This document shows, piece by piece, positions 10,272 through 19,780 of a DNA stretch of 64,000 nucleotides; the stretch's first letter is position 1, and every line of letters begins with the position of its first letter. This DNA comes from a bacterium (GTDB lineage Bacteria; Patescibacteriota; JABMPQ01; JBDRIV01). The translations under genes were made by a program, and so were the position numbers. Under the pieces are notes generated by a model. The model did no database searches. It was not told the DNA's origin and worked only from the letters and a program-made list of their open reading frames with translations. Where the stretch lies: positions 438,943 through 502,942 of the forward strand of contig JBDRIV010000002.1 in the NCBI GenBank assembly GCA_043815505.1, in the 5' to 3' direction.

Positions 10272-10835
10272 ATGTATAAAGAAATAATTGTAGATTTAAA
10301 AAATAATAAATTTTCTAAAATTAAAGAGTTTTTGCAAAAAGAAATGGTGGCTTTAAAAACAGGTAGAGCCTCTACTGGTTTGGTAGAGGATATTGAGGTG
10401 GAAAGTTATGGGGCCAAACAGCCTTTGAAACAATTGGCCAGTATTTCTATTCCCGAACCAAGACAGATTGCTATTCAACCCTGGGATAAATCAACAATGC
10501 AAGCAATTGAAAAGGCTATAGCTAGCAATGATAAATTAGGCTTAACTCCTAATGTTCAAGGTGATTTAATTAGATTAAATTTACCTGAGTTAAATGAAGA
10601 ATCACGAACAAATTTAGCAAAAATTGTAAAATCAAAATGCGAAGAAGCTAAGGTAAGTATTCGCAATGAACGTGAAGATGCTTGGAAGGAAATTAAAAAA
10701 CTTGAAAACGACAACCAGATTAATGAAGACGATTTGCATAAAGCTCAAGAAGAATTAAATGAAGTGGTAAATGAAATTAATAAAGAATTAGATGATATGG
10801 CAGATAAAAAAGAAAAGGAGGTAATGACAGTTTAA
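10272..10835 (+). CDS. frr: Ribosome recycling factor
   Basis: LKTGRAS, IQPWDKS, LNEESR, KVSIRNER, KEKEVMTV. Confidence 0.97.
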   Translation: MYKEIIVDLKNNKFSKIKEFLQKEMVALKTGRASTGLVEDIEVESYGAKQPLKQLASISIPEPRQIAIQPWDKSTMQAIEKAIASNDKLGLTPNVQGDLIRLNLPELNEESRTNLAKIVKSKCEEAKVSIRNEREDAWKEIKKLENDNQINEDDLHKAQEELNEVVNEINKELDDMADKKEKEVMTV

Positions 10836-11938
10836 TGCTAACTATTGCTATTGTTTTTATAATACTTTTAGGAGCGGTTATCTTTGTCCATGAATTAGGA
10901 CATTTTATTACTGCCAAAAAAATGGGTGCCAAGGTTGAAGAATTTGGTTTTGGTTTTCCACCGCGAATTTTTGGTATAAAAAGAGGTGAAACCACATACT
11001 CACTGAACTGGATTCCGATAGGAGGTTTTGTAAAAATATTAGGTGAGGATGGAGATAAAGCAGAAGACCCACGAAGTTTTGGATCAAAAAAACCTTGGCA
11101 GCGAGCATTAATGGCTACAGCTGGAGTAATGATGAATTTTTTATTTGCCGCTATTTTGTTAATGACGGTAGCTAAAATTGGTATTCCAGAAATGATTAAC
11201 GATGAGAATAAAGATATTGCTCGTGATCAAAAAATTCAAATAGTTTCTGTGGCGGAAGGTTCAATTGTAGAAGATAAAATTAAAATAGGCGATATTTTGC
11301 AATCAATTGATGACAAGGGATTTGAGGAAGTAAACGCCATTGGTGATTATACCAGTGAAAAAAAAGGTGAAACTGTAAAAGTAAAAGTAACTAGAGGGGA
11401 TACAATTGTTGAAGAAGAATATTCCATTCCAGAAGAAATTGAAGAGGGTAAGGGTGCACTGGGAATTGGACTCGTAAAAACTGGTTTGGTTAAGTATCCT
11501 TGGTATAAGGCTATTGGCATTGGTATCTCGGCCACCTTTTCCATAACAGTTTTAACAGTTTCTGCTTTCTTTACCATAGTTAAGGATTTGATATTTTCAC
11601 ACCATCTATCTGGTGATGTAGCTGGACCAGTTGGCATTGCTGTAATGACCGGTCAAGTTTATGAAATGGGATTAGTTTATTTGTTGCAGTTTGCAGCAGT
11701 TTTAAGTATAAATTTAGGTATAATTAATATCTTGCCACTGCCAGCTTTAGACGGCGGTCGTTTACTATTCATAATTATAGAAAAAATAAGAGGCAAGAAA
11801 GTTTCGGCTCGAGCTGAAGGAATGATTCATACCATTGGATTTTTTGCCCTCATTACTTTGGTGCTGGTTATAACATTTTGGGATGTAATACGATCAAAAG
11901 AAATATTAATTAATTTTTGGAACAACATTTTTGGATAG
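10835..11938 (+). CDS. rseP: Site-2 intramembrane zinc protease RseP
   Basis: HELGH, IPIGGFV, PDZ-like region, NILPLPALDGG. Confidence 0.95.
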   Translation: MLTIAIVFIILLGAVIFVHELGHFITAKKMGAKVEEFGFGFPPRIFGIKRGETTYSLNWIPIGGFVKILGEDGDKAEDPRSFGSKKPWQRALMATAGVMMNFLFAAILLMTVAKIGIPEMINDENKDIARDQKIQIVSVAEGSIVEDKIKIGDILQSIDDKGFEEVNAIGDYTSEKKGETVKVKVTRGDTIVEEEYSIPEEIEEGKGALGIGLVKTGLVKYPWYKAIGIGISATFSITVLTVSAFFTIVKDLIFSHHLSGDVAGPVGIAVMTGQVYEMGLVYLLQFAAVLSINLGIINILPLPALDGGRLLFIIIEKIRGKKVSARAEGMIHTIGFFALITLVLVITFWDVIRSKEILINFWNNIFG

Positions 11939-11979
11939 TATAGCTTAATCTGTACAAACGAATTGTTCAGGTATTATTA

Positions 11980-12018
11980 AATAAGAGGCTTTACAAAAAG
12001 ATTCTCTTATTTTATATT
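11980..12018 (+). promoter_or_regulatory. Candidate promoter of the mreBCD operon, overlapped by an 8-bp inverted repeat
   Basis: TTTACA(11990)-17-TATATT; AATAAGAG/CTCTTATT inverted repeat brackets the -35. Confidence 0.45.
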
Positions 12019-12036
12019 ACATAGACAGAATACTAT

Positions 12037-13089
12037 ATGTTTAAACGTTTCAGACAAGTTATTTCTAAAGATATTGGTATTGACCTCGGCACGGCCAATA
12101 CTCTTGTTTATGTTAAAGGCAAGGGCATTGTTATAAATGAACCATCGGTGGTGGCTATTAACAAACAAACTGGCCAAATTTTAGCTATTGGGAATGAGGC
12201 AAAGAAAATGGTGGGCCGAACACCATCACACATTGTGGCTTCTCGGCCACTAGTTGATGGAGTTGTTTCTGACTTTGAGGTAACAGAACAAATGCTAAAA
12301 TATTTTATTGAAAAAGTTCATCAAGAAGGTTTCAATCTTTTTCCGCGACCAAGAGTTGTGATTGGTATTCCTTCAGGAGTAACAGAAGTTGAAAAGAGAG
12401 CCGTGCAAGACGCTGCTCTGCAAGCTGGTGCCAAAGAAGCCTTTCTAATTGAGGAACCAATGGCAGCTGCTATCGGAGCTAGATTACCAGTTCAAGATGC
12501 AACCGGATCAATAATTGTTGACATTGGTGGTGGCACAACCGAAGTGGCAGTTATTTCACTTGGTGGTGTGGTGATTTCTAAATCCTTAAGAATTGCCGGG
12601 GATGAAATGAATGAAAATATTATTCAATATGCTCGTGATGAGTTCAATTTATTACTTGGTGAGAGAACAGCCGAGGATATTAAAATTGCAATTGGTTCCG
12701 CCTTTGAACTTGATGAACCTCTAGAAACCAGTATGCGCGGCCGAGATTTAATTACGGGGCTTCCAAAAGAAGTAGTTGTAAATGATGAACAAATTAGAAA
12801 AGCCTTATCAAAATCAGTACGTACAATTATTAATGAAATTAAAAACACTATTGAAGAAACGCCACCAGAATTAGTGGCTGATATAATGGATAGAGGAATT
12901 ATTCTCGCTGGCGGTGGTGTGCAGTTAAGAAATTTTGATTACTTAGTAATGCAACAAACTCAAATAGCTACTCATATAGCTGACGATCCCATGACTTGTG
13001 TTGTGCGCGGAACTGGTTTAGTTCTAGAAGACATAGACACTCTTCGTGACGTTTTGGTGCCAACTCAATTTGAAAGAGCGCCACATTAG
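12037..13089 (+). CDS. mreB: Rod shape protein MreB, paralogue 2 (mreBCD operon)
   Basis: IGIDLGTANTLV, EEPMAAAIGA, DIGGGTTEVAV; followed by mreC and mreD. Confidence 0.97.
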   Translation: MFKRFRQVISKDIGIDLGTANTLVYVKGKGIVINEPSVVAINKQTGQILAIGNEAKKMVGRTPSHIVASRPLVDGVVSDFEVTEQMLKYFIEKVHQEGFNLFPRPRVVIGIPSGVTEVEKRAVQDAALQAGAKEAFLIEEPMAAAIGARLPVQDATGSIIVDIGGGTTEVAVISLGGVVISKSLRIAGDEMNENIIQYARDEFNLLLGERTAEDIKIAIGSAFELDEPLETSMRGRDLITGLPKEVVVNDEQIRKALSKSVRTIINEIKNTIEETPPELVADIMDRGIILAGGGVQLRNFDYLVMQQTQIATHIADDPMTCVVRGTGLVLEDIDTLRDVLVPTQFERAPH

Positions 13090-13101
13090 AAAAAATAAAT
13101 A

Positions 13102-13917
13102 ATGGCTAGAAGAAACAGACAATTTTCACCAATTTTGATAATTTTTATTATCACGCTGGTTTTGGTTTTCCTTTTTGGGATATTGCGAGCCTTTGGTTGG
13201 TCAGCGCCTCTAGAAAATACTGCCAAAAAAGTATTTTCTCCAGTTCAGAAAATATTTTATTCTATTGGTCACACATTTTCTAATGGGTATAACATCATAA
13301 CCTCAATTGGTGATTACAAAGAAGAAAATAAAACCTTAATTGAAGAAGTGAGTGAACTAAAAGCGAAAGTTTCCAAACTTAGTGAAGTGGAAAAAGAAAA
13401 TGAATTCTTACGTGGGCAATTAGCTTTGGTGGCGGAAAATGATTGGCAGCTATTTCCCGGCAAAGTTATAGGAAGCGATCCTTACAATCTAACAGAGTTT
13501 TTGATAATAAATGTGGGGGAAGAAGATAATATAAAAATCGATATGCCAGTAATTTCTGGCTCAGGAATTCTTGTCGGTCGCATCAGTGAGGTTTTTCCAA
13601 CCACTGCTCATGTTTTATTGCTGACAGATTCTACCAGCAAAATTCATGCCATTTTACAAAAATCTCGGGCCAGTGGAATTGTGCAAGGCGAACATAGAAT
13701 AGGAGTTAAAATAACTTCTATTCCTCAAGATATTTTTGTTGAAAAAGGTGAACGTATTGTAACTTCTGGATCAACCGGAATATTTCCGCAAGGGATTTTA
13801 ATTGGCGAAGTTTTAGAAGTTAATACCACCGATAACGAATTATTTCAAGAAGCAACCATTAAACAAAGTGTGGATTTTAAAACTATTGAAGAAGTTTCAG
13901 TAATTACAAGTTTTTAA
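13102..13917 (+). CDS. mreC: Rod shape-determining protein MreC
   Basis: TM plus coiled coil ENEFLR; IINVG, LVGRI, VTSG..GIFPQGILIG. Confidence 0.93.
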   Translation: MARRNRQFSPILIIFIITLVLVFLFGILRAFGWSAPLENTAKKVFSPVQKIFYSIGHTFSNGYNIITSIGDYKEENKTLIEEVSELKAKVSKLSEVEKENEFLRGQLALVAENDWQLFPGKVIGSDPYNLTEFLIINVGEEDNIKIDMPVISGSGILVGRISEVFPTTAHVLLLTDSTSKIHAILQKSRASGIVQGEHRIGVKITSIPQDIFVEKGERIVTSGSTGIFPQGILIGEVLEVNTTDNELFQEATIKQSVDFKTIEEVSVITSF

Positions 13918-14441
13918 TGAAACGTTTATATTTAATCCTAACTTTTTTTGTAATCTGGATTTTGGAAATGATGTTTCTGCCAGCTGTTAGTTTTATTGCT
14001 CCCATAGCTTTATTTTTAGCTGGCATTACCACTTTAAATATTTTATTAGATTATCGCCGCGCGTTGTATTACAGTCTTTGGTTTGGCCTTTTAACTGATG
14101 CTGTAATCGGTAGATCCCTTGGAGTTACTGCTCTAAGTTGGTTAAGTGCAAGTTTGGTTGTATATTTAATTATCAAAAATATTGTTTCTAACAGAGAAAG
14201 ATTCTCTAAGTTAGGATTATATACCTTGGCTTTAGTTGTAAATTATCTAGTTCTTATTGGTTCACTACTGTTATTAGAAAAATTAAATTTAAATGTAATT
14301 CCTCTAGAATTTTCTGGTCTTAATTTGTTAGACATATTGATTTCGATAATTGTAAGTTTATTAGCTTTTCCTCTAATTTATAAAACAACCAAGAAAGTTT
14401 ATGAATTTGTAAATAAAAAAGAAGCAACTATACATATCTAA
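13917..14441 (+). CDS. mreD: Rod shape-determining protein MreD
   Basis: Multi-TM, GLLTD..G..LGV motif; lies between mreC and mrdA. Confidence 0.8.
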   Translation: MKRLYLILTFFVIWILEMMFLPAVSFIAPIALFLAGITTLNILLDYRRALYYSLWFGLLTDAVIGRSLGVTALSWLSASLVVYLIIKNIVSNRERFSKLGLYTLALVVNYLVLIGSLLLLEKLNLNVIPLEFSGLNLLDILISIIVSLLAFPLIYKTTKKVYEFVNKKEATIHI

Positions 14442-16427
14442 ATGAATGATAATAACGATTTCTTTAACGTTCCGCCTTTAAATAGAAGGGGTGGCGTTGG
14501 TGGAAAAAAATTTGGTGAAGAATGGAGTGAGGATATAACAGATCCCGGACTTGATGGTCAAGCAACCATTAGGCCGCTTTTTAATTATAAAAAATTACGT
14601 TACTTAGCAATAATTCTATTTTTACCTTTGTTAATAATATTTGGGCGCTTAGTTTATCTACAAGGTTATATGTCTGATTCTTTTATGGCGCAAGCCGAAG
14701 AAAATAGAATTAGAAAAATTGTGGTGCGTGCTCCTCGAGGAATTATTTATGACCGTTACGGAGAAATACTAGTAAAAAACGTGCCCAGTTTTGATTTAGA
14801 AATCGTACCTTTTGATGTGCCTAAAGATGATTCCGACAGAGAATCACAATTTTACACTATTGCCAGTGAAGCTAAAATTTCTTTGGATGAAATTGTAAAA
14901 GCTTACGAAGAAAAAGATCCACTTAGTCATGAACCGGTTTTAATCAAAGAAGGTATCGAAAGAGAAGAGGCTCTAACACTGGAAACTAATTTACAAGATA
15001 TAACTTTTGCCCAAATTGCTAAAAATCCTATTAGAGAATATATAGAACCAGAATTATATGCTCATATTTTAGGTTACATGGGTAAATTAACAAAAGAAGA
15101 ATTTGATGCTAATCGGGATTCGGAAAAAGAATATTTATTTAATGATTATATTGGCAAAAATGGTTTGGAATATTATTATGAGGACTATTTGCGGGGATAT
15201 AATGGTGTAAAATATGTTGAAGTTGATGTTCATGGTCGGGAGAAAAATGTAATTGCTTCCAAAGAAGGCGTGGCCGGTGACGATGTGGTGTTAGAAATTG
15301 ATGCGGGACTGCAAGATAGAATTTTGCAAGCTCTCAATGACAGTATGTCAAAAATGAATTTAAATAAAGGTGTAGTAATAGCATCTGATCCTATAACTGG
15401 AGAAATATTAGCTATGGTCAGCTTGCCGAGTTTCGATAATAATAATTTTGCTAGAGGTATTAGTCAGGATGATTATAACAATTTAATTAATAATACTAGC
15501 AAGCCACTTTTAAATCGAGCCATTCAAGGTACTTATCCACCAGGCTCAACCATTAAACCGGTTGTAGCTGCTGCTGCTTTACAAGAAAATATTGTTAGTG
15601 CCGGAACAATAATTGTGGACCGAGGTGCTATCTCTGTTCCTAATAAATACAATCCCGATATTGTTTATGAATTCGTTGGTTGGGATCGTTCGGGACTGGG
15701 TGCTATGACCGTAACGAGCGCGATTGCTAAATCTTCTGATATTTATTTCTATACCGTGGCTGGTGGTGATGGTGACATCAAAGGACTGGGTGTAAAAAAG
15801 CTGGCAGACTATTACGAAAATTTTAATCTGGGAAAAAAAGTAGGAATTGATTTACCCGGAGAAGAATCGGGTTTGGTGCCAAATCCAGACTGGAAAGAAG
15901 AAGTTATTGGTGAAGCTTGGTATCAAGGCGATACTTATCATATGGGGATTGGACAAGGGGATGTGTTAACAACTCCACTACAAGTTCTGCACTGGACAGC
16001 ATCAATTGCTAATCATGGTAATCAAAGACAACCTCATTTATTAAAAAAAACCATCAATACAGCGGGGGAAGAAAATAATGTGGAACCTAAAACAATAAAG
16101 AAGAATTTTATTTCTGATACAAATATGGATTATGTTCGTCAGGGCATGAAGGAAACTGTTGAATATGGATCAGGTGTTCGTTTAAAGAGCCTACCCGTAT
16201 CAGCTGGTGGTAAAACTGGAACGGCGCAGTTTTCTAATAACGAGAGTACCCATGCTTGGTTCACCGCTTTTGCTCCCTTTGATAATCCCGAAATTGCCAT
16301 TGTGGTCTTAGTGGAAGGTGGAGCCGAAGGTGGCGGTGAAGGACATGATACAGCCGTACCAGTTGCTTATGATGTCTTAAACTGGTATTTTACAGAAGGT
16401 AAACAAAGAGAGGTAATAGAAAAATAA
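14442..16427 (+). CDS. mrdA: Penicillin-binding protein 2 (class B)
   Basis: APRGIIYDRYG, PGSTIK (SxxK), SSD, GKTGTAQ. Confidence 0.95.
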   Translation: MNDNNDFFNVPPLNRRGGVGGKKFGEEWSEDITDPGLDGQATIRPLFNYKKLRYLAIILFLPLLIIFGRLVYLQGYMSDSFMAQAEENRIRKIVVRAPRGIIYDRYGEILVKNVPSFDLEIVPFDVPKDDSDRESQFYTIASEAKISLDEIVKAYEEKDPLSHEPVLIKEGIEREEALTLETNLQDITFAQIAKNPIREYIEPELYAHILGYMGKLTKEEFDANRDSEKEYLFNDYIGKNGLEYYYEDYLRGYNGVKYVEVDVHGREKNVIASKEGVAGDDVVLEIDAGLQDRILQALNDSMSKMNLNKGVVIASDPITGEILAMVSLPSFDNNNFARGISQDDYNNLINNTSKPLLNRAIQGTYPPGSTIKPVVAAAALQENIVSAGTIIVDRGAISVPNKYNPDIVYEFVGWDRSGLGAMTVTSAIAKSSDIYFYTVAGGDGDIKGLGVKKLADYYENFNLGKKVGIDLPGEESGLVPNPDWKEEVIGEAWYQGDTYHMGIGQGDVLTTPLQVLHWTASIANHGNQRQPHLLKKTINTAGEENNVEPKTIKKNFISDTNMDYVRQGMKETVEYGSGVRLKSLPVSAGGKTGTAQFSNNESTHAWFTAFAPFDNPEIAIVVLVEGGAEGGGEGHDTAVPVAYDVLNWYFTEGKQREVIEK

Positions 16428-17260
16428 TGCAAGCAAAAATTATAAACGGAAAATTTTATGCTAACAAAACTTTGGCTAAGCTTAAAGTTGAGGTGAAAAA
16501 ATTAAAAGCCCAGAAAAAGTTGGTTAAATTAGCAGTTATTTTAATTGGCAATGATAAATCATCAATTTCTTTTATCAAGAAAAAAGAGAAAGCTTGTCAA
16601 CAAATTGGTATTGATTTTCAGTTATATAATTTAAGTAAAAATAGTTCTCCAACAGAAATAATAAAAACTATTAAAACTGCTCAAAAAAATGTCAATGGCT
16701 TAATTGTGCAATTACCAATTCCTGGAATTAAACATCCAAGTAATATTCTTGATAACATTTCTTGTGCAAAAGACGTTGATTGTTTAACGACAACTAATTT
16801 AGGAAAATTAACATCTGGTCATCCCAGATATTTACCACCAACCGCTTCTGCCGTGATGGAAATATTTAGGAAAGAAAAAATCTCTCTTATTGGTAAACAT
16901 ATTGTAATGGTTGGCAAGGGTGATTTGGTAGGCAAACCACTAGCAATTTTATTAACGCAGGACAAAGTAACATTAACTATTTGTAATCGCTACACAAAGA
17001 ATTTAGCCTTTCATACCAAACAGGCTGATATTTTAATTTCGGCTGTTGGCATTCCCAAATTAATTACCAAGAATATGATTAAGGCCAAGGCCGTGGTTAT
17101 TGATGCCGGTATCAGTTTTAAAGGAAAAAATATTTACGGCGACGTAGAGTGGAAAAAAGCTTTGGCTAAAGCTGCCAAAATTACTCCTGTTCCTGGAGGT
17201 GTGGGACCATTAACTGTGGCCGAGCTTCTAAAAAATGTTGTACAAGCAGCTAGTAAGTGA
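16427..17260 (+). CDS. folD: Methylene-THF dehydrogenase/cyclohydrolase
   Basis: IVQLP, KDVD, LVGKPLA, VIDAG, ITPVPGGVGPLTVA. Confidence 0.95.
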   Translation: MQAKIINGKFYANKTLAKLKVEVKKLKAQKKLVKLAVILIGNDKSSISFIKKKEKACQQIGIDFQLYNLSKNSSPTEIIKTIKTAQKNVNGLIVQLPIPGIKHPSNILDNISCAKDVDCLTTTNLGKLTSGHPRYLPPTASAVMEIFRKEKISLIGKHIVMVGKGDLVGKPLAILLTQDKVTLTICNRYTKNLAFHTKQADILISAVGIPKLITKNMIKAKAVVIDAGISFKGKNIYGDVEWKKALAKAAKITPVPGGVGPLTVAELLKNVVQAASK

Positions 17261-17264
17261 AGTA

Positions 17265-17293
17265 TTGACAACCTTAAAAGAATTAGCTAAAAT
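17265..17293 (+). promoter_or_regulatory. Sigma70-type promoter of greA
   Basis: TTGACA-17-TAAAAT. Confidence 0.75.
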
Positions 17294-17331
17294 ACTTTTA
17301 TCTTAAAACGACATTTAAAGTCTTTTTTATT

Positions 17332-17796
17332 ATGCCCAAAGAAAACTATATAACCAAAGATGGATTAGAACAACTCAAATCAGAATTGGAATATTATAAA
17401 AACGAACGGCGCATGGAAGTTGCTAATCGTATACGCGAAGCTAAAGCCCAAGGTGACCTTTCTGAGAATGCTGAATACGCGGAAGCCAAAACGGAACAAG
17501 AATATGTGGAAAGAAGAATTTCTGAACTTAAAGAAATTATAAAAAGAGCTAAAGTTATTGAAGATAGTGATCAACCCAAAGATATGGCTGGTTTAGGTTC
17601 AACGGTGGAAATTAAAGATTCCGAAGCAATTAAATCTTACACCATCGTGGGCTCAAATGAAGCCGATCCACTAAATGGTAGAATTTCTAATGAATCGCCA
17701 ATTGGAAAAGCGCTGCTTGGTTGCAGGGTTAAAGATGAAGTGGTTGTTACAACTCCAAATGGGGAAACAATTTACAAGGTTTTATCAATCAATTAA
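17332..17796 (+). CDS. greA: Transcription elongation factor GreA
   Basis: GDLSENAEY, ISNESPIGKALLG. Confidence 0.97.
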   Translation: MPKENYITKDGLEQLKSELEYYKNERRMEVANRIREAKAQGDLSENAEYAEAKTEQEYVERRISELKEIIKRAKVIEDSDQPKDMAGLGSTVEIKDSEAIKSYTIVGSNEADPLNGRISNESPIGKALLGCRVKDEVVVTTPNGETIYKVLSIN

Positions 17797-17833
17797 AAAT
17801 CTCTTCAAATTAAAGCAAGTGGGGAGATTTTTT
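17795..17833 (+). terminator. Intrinsic terminator after greA
   Basis: AAAAATCTCTTCA / TGGGGAGATTTTTT hairpin with T tail. Confidence 0.7.
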
Positions 17834-17844
17834 GATTTATCTAC

Positions 17845-17873
17845 TTGAAAATGAGGAGGGTATAAGGTACAAT
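17845..17873 (+). promoter_or_regulatory. Sigma70-type promoter of lysS
   Basis: TTGAAA-17-TACAAT. Confidence 0.65.
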
Positions 17874-17904
17874 ACAAGCAATATTTGACATTAAGTACAT
17901 ATTT

Positions 17905-19368
17905 GTGGCAAAAAATATTGATGAACTGATAAAAGCACGTCTTAAAAAACTAAAAGAGCTAAAAAACAAGGGTATAAACCCTTATCCAGCTATAGTCGAG
18001 CTAAGTCTAACTAAAGGTGGAATAGGGGCTGTTTTAAGCAGTTTTGAGAGCCTGAAGCAAGCTACAATAGCTGGGCGGCTGAAATTGATAAGAAATATGG
18101 GAAAAATCACTTTCGCTCATCTAGAGGATGGCTCTGCCAAGATGCAAATAATGTTTAAGAAAGATGATTTGGGCGATAAATATCAAAATTTGAAATTGCT
18201 TGATATTGGAGACTTCATTGCTGTTAGTGGTGATACCTTTAAAACAAAAACCAAGGAAAAAACCGTCGTAGTAAAAAATTGGCAATTACTGACAAAATCA
18301 GTTCGTCCTTTGCCGGAAAAATGGCACGGTTTAAGTGATTTGGAAACAAAACAACGTCAACGTTATTTGGATTTAATAATGAACGCAGATGTAAAAGAAA
18401 GATTTCGTTTGCGTAATAAATTCATTCAAGAATTTAGAAGTTTCTTTGAAAAAAATGATTTTCTGGAAGTTGAGACTCCCGTGTTAGAACAAACACCTGG
18501 AGGAGCTGACGCCACACCATTTGTAACTCATCATGAAACTTTAGATACAGATTACTATTTACGCATATCTTTAGAATTACACTTGAAAAGATTGATTGTG
18601 GGTGGTTATGAAAAAGTATTTGAAATTGGCAAAGTATTTAGAAATGAAGGTATGAGTAGAGAGCATTTGCAGGAATTTACCGAACTTGAATGTTACGCTG
18701 CCTATTGGGATTATAAAAAATTGATGAAGGAAATGGAAAAATGCTATAAAGAAGTTTTGCAGAATACTTTTGGGAAATTACAATTTGAATATGACGGTCA
18801 AAAAATTGATTTTAGTAAAAAGTGGGAAGAAATTGATTACAACGAATTGCTAAAGCAAGACACCGGAGTTGATATTTCAAAAGCAAATGACAAGGAACTT
18901 ATAGATCTTCTAAAAAAACATAAAGTTGATTTTGATAAAAATATGGGACGAGGAAAATTAATTGATCAGCTATACAAAAAAGTTTGTCGTACCAAGATCG
19001 TGGGTCCAGCCTTTCTTGTTAATCATCCTATAGAAATTTCACCCTTAGCCAAGAAACATGATCAAGACGAAAAACATGTGCAACGTTTTCAAATTATTAT
19101 TGCCGGCTCAGAAATTGGTAACGGTTTTTCAGAATTAAATGATCCAGCTGAACAAAGAAAAAGATTTGAGGAGCAAATGAAATTAAGAGAGCAAGGTGAT
19201 ACTGAAGCCCATTTAATAGATAATGATTATATTGAAGCCTTAGAATATGGTATGCCACCAACTGCGGGATTTGGCGTAGGGCTGGATAGATTATTTGTAA
19301 TTACAGCCAATTTAAATTCAATACGCGAAGCAGTTCTTTTCCCAACTTTTAAACCCAAAGCTAAATAA
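17905..19368 (+). CDS. lysS: Lysine-tRNA ligase, class II
   Basis: RQRYLDL, LRISLELHLKRL, FRNEG, GNGFSELND, GMPPTAGFGVGLDRL; GTG start. Confidence 0.98.
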   Translation: MAKNIDELIKARLKKLKELKNKGINPYPAIVELSLTKGGIGAVLSSFESLKQATIAGRLKLIRNMGKITFAHLEDGSAKMQIMFKKDDLGDKYQNLKLLDIGDFIAVSGDTFKTKTKEKTVVVKNWQLLTKSVRPLPEKWHGLSDLETKQRQRYLDLIMNADVKERFRLRNKFIQEFRSFFEKNDFLEVETPVLEQTPGGADATPFVTHHETLDTDYYLRISLELHLKRLIVGGYEKVFEIGKVFRNEGMSREHLQEFTELECYAAYWDYKKLMKEMEKCYKEVLQNTFGKLQFEYDGQKIDFSKKWEEIDYNELLKQDTGVDISKANDKELIDLLKKHKVDFDKNMGRGKLIDQLYKKVCRTKIVGPAFLVNHPIEISPLAKKHDQDEKHVQRFQIIIAGSEIGNGFSELNDPAEQRKRFEEQMKLREQGDTEAHLIDNDYIEALEYGMPPTAGFGVGLDRLFVITANLNSIREAVLFPTFKPKAK

Positions 19369-19373
19369 ATTAT

Positions 19374-19778
19374 ATGACCAAAGTTTTAGTATTTGGAACT
19401 TTTGATGTTTTGCATGCCGGACATTTGTCGTTTCTTAAACAAGCGCGACAATTTGGTGAAGAATTAAAGGTAATTGTGGCTAAGGACGAAACGGTAAAAA
19501 GTATAAAAGGCAAGAAACCAAGACAAGATGAGAATAAGCGTTTACAGAAAGTGCAAGCTATTGATTTAGTTAATTCTGCCAGACTGGGTTACATTAATCA
19601 GGGACTAAAGATTGTAGAAGAAGAAGAACCGGATGTAATTTGTCTGGGTTACGATCAAAAAAATGCTTTTGAACAAAAACTTTGGCAAAACATCTACAAT
19701 TTTTCTAAACCCATAAGCATAATAAGGTTAATTCCTTGGCAACAAAAAATTTATAAATCATCATTAATAAAACAATAA
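19374..19778 (+). CDS. Cytidylyltransferase-family nucleotidyltransferase (RibL FAD synthase-like)
   Basis: FGTFDVLHAGH (HxGH), VIVAKD, PDVICLGYDQ, KSS. Confidence 0.8.
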   Translation: MTKVLVFGTFDVLHAGHLSFLKQARQFGEELKVIVAKDETVKSIKGKKPRQDENKRLQKVQAIDLVNSARLGYINQGLKIVEEEEPDVICLGYDQKNAFEQKLWQNIYNFSKPISIIRLIPWQQKIYKSSLIKQ

Positions 19779-19780
19779 AT

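Noticed and set aside
17797-17904. T-box or riboswitch leader before lysS (also checked serS and cysS)
   Set aside because: Region is explained by the greA terminator plus a promoter; no T-box consensus and too short
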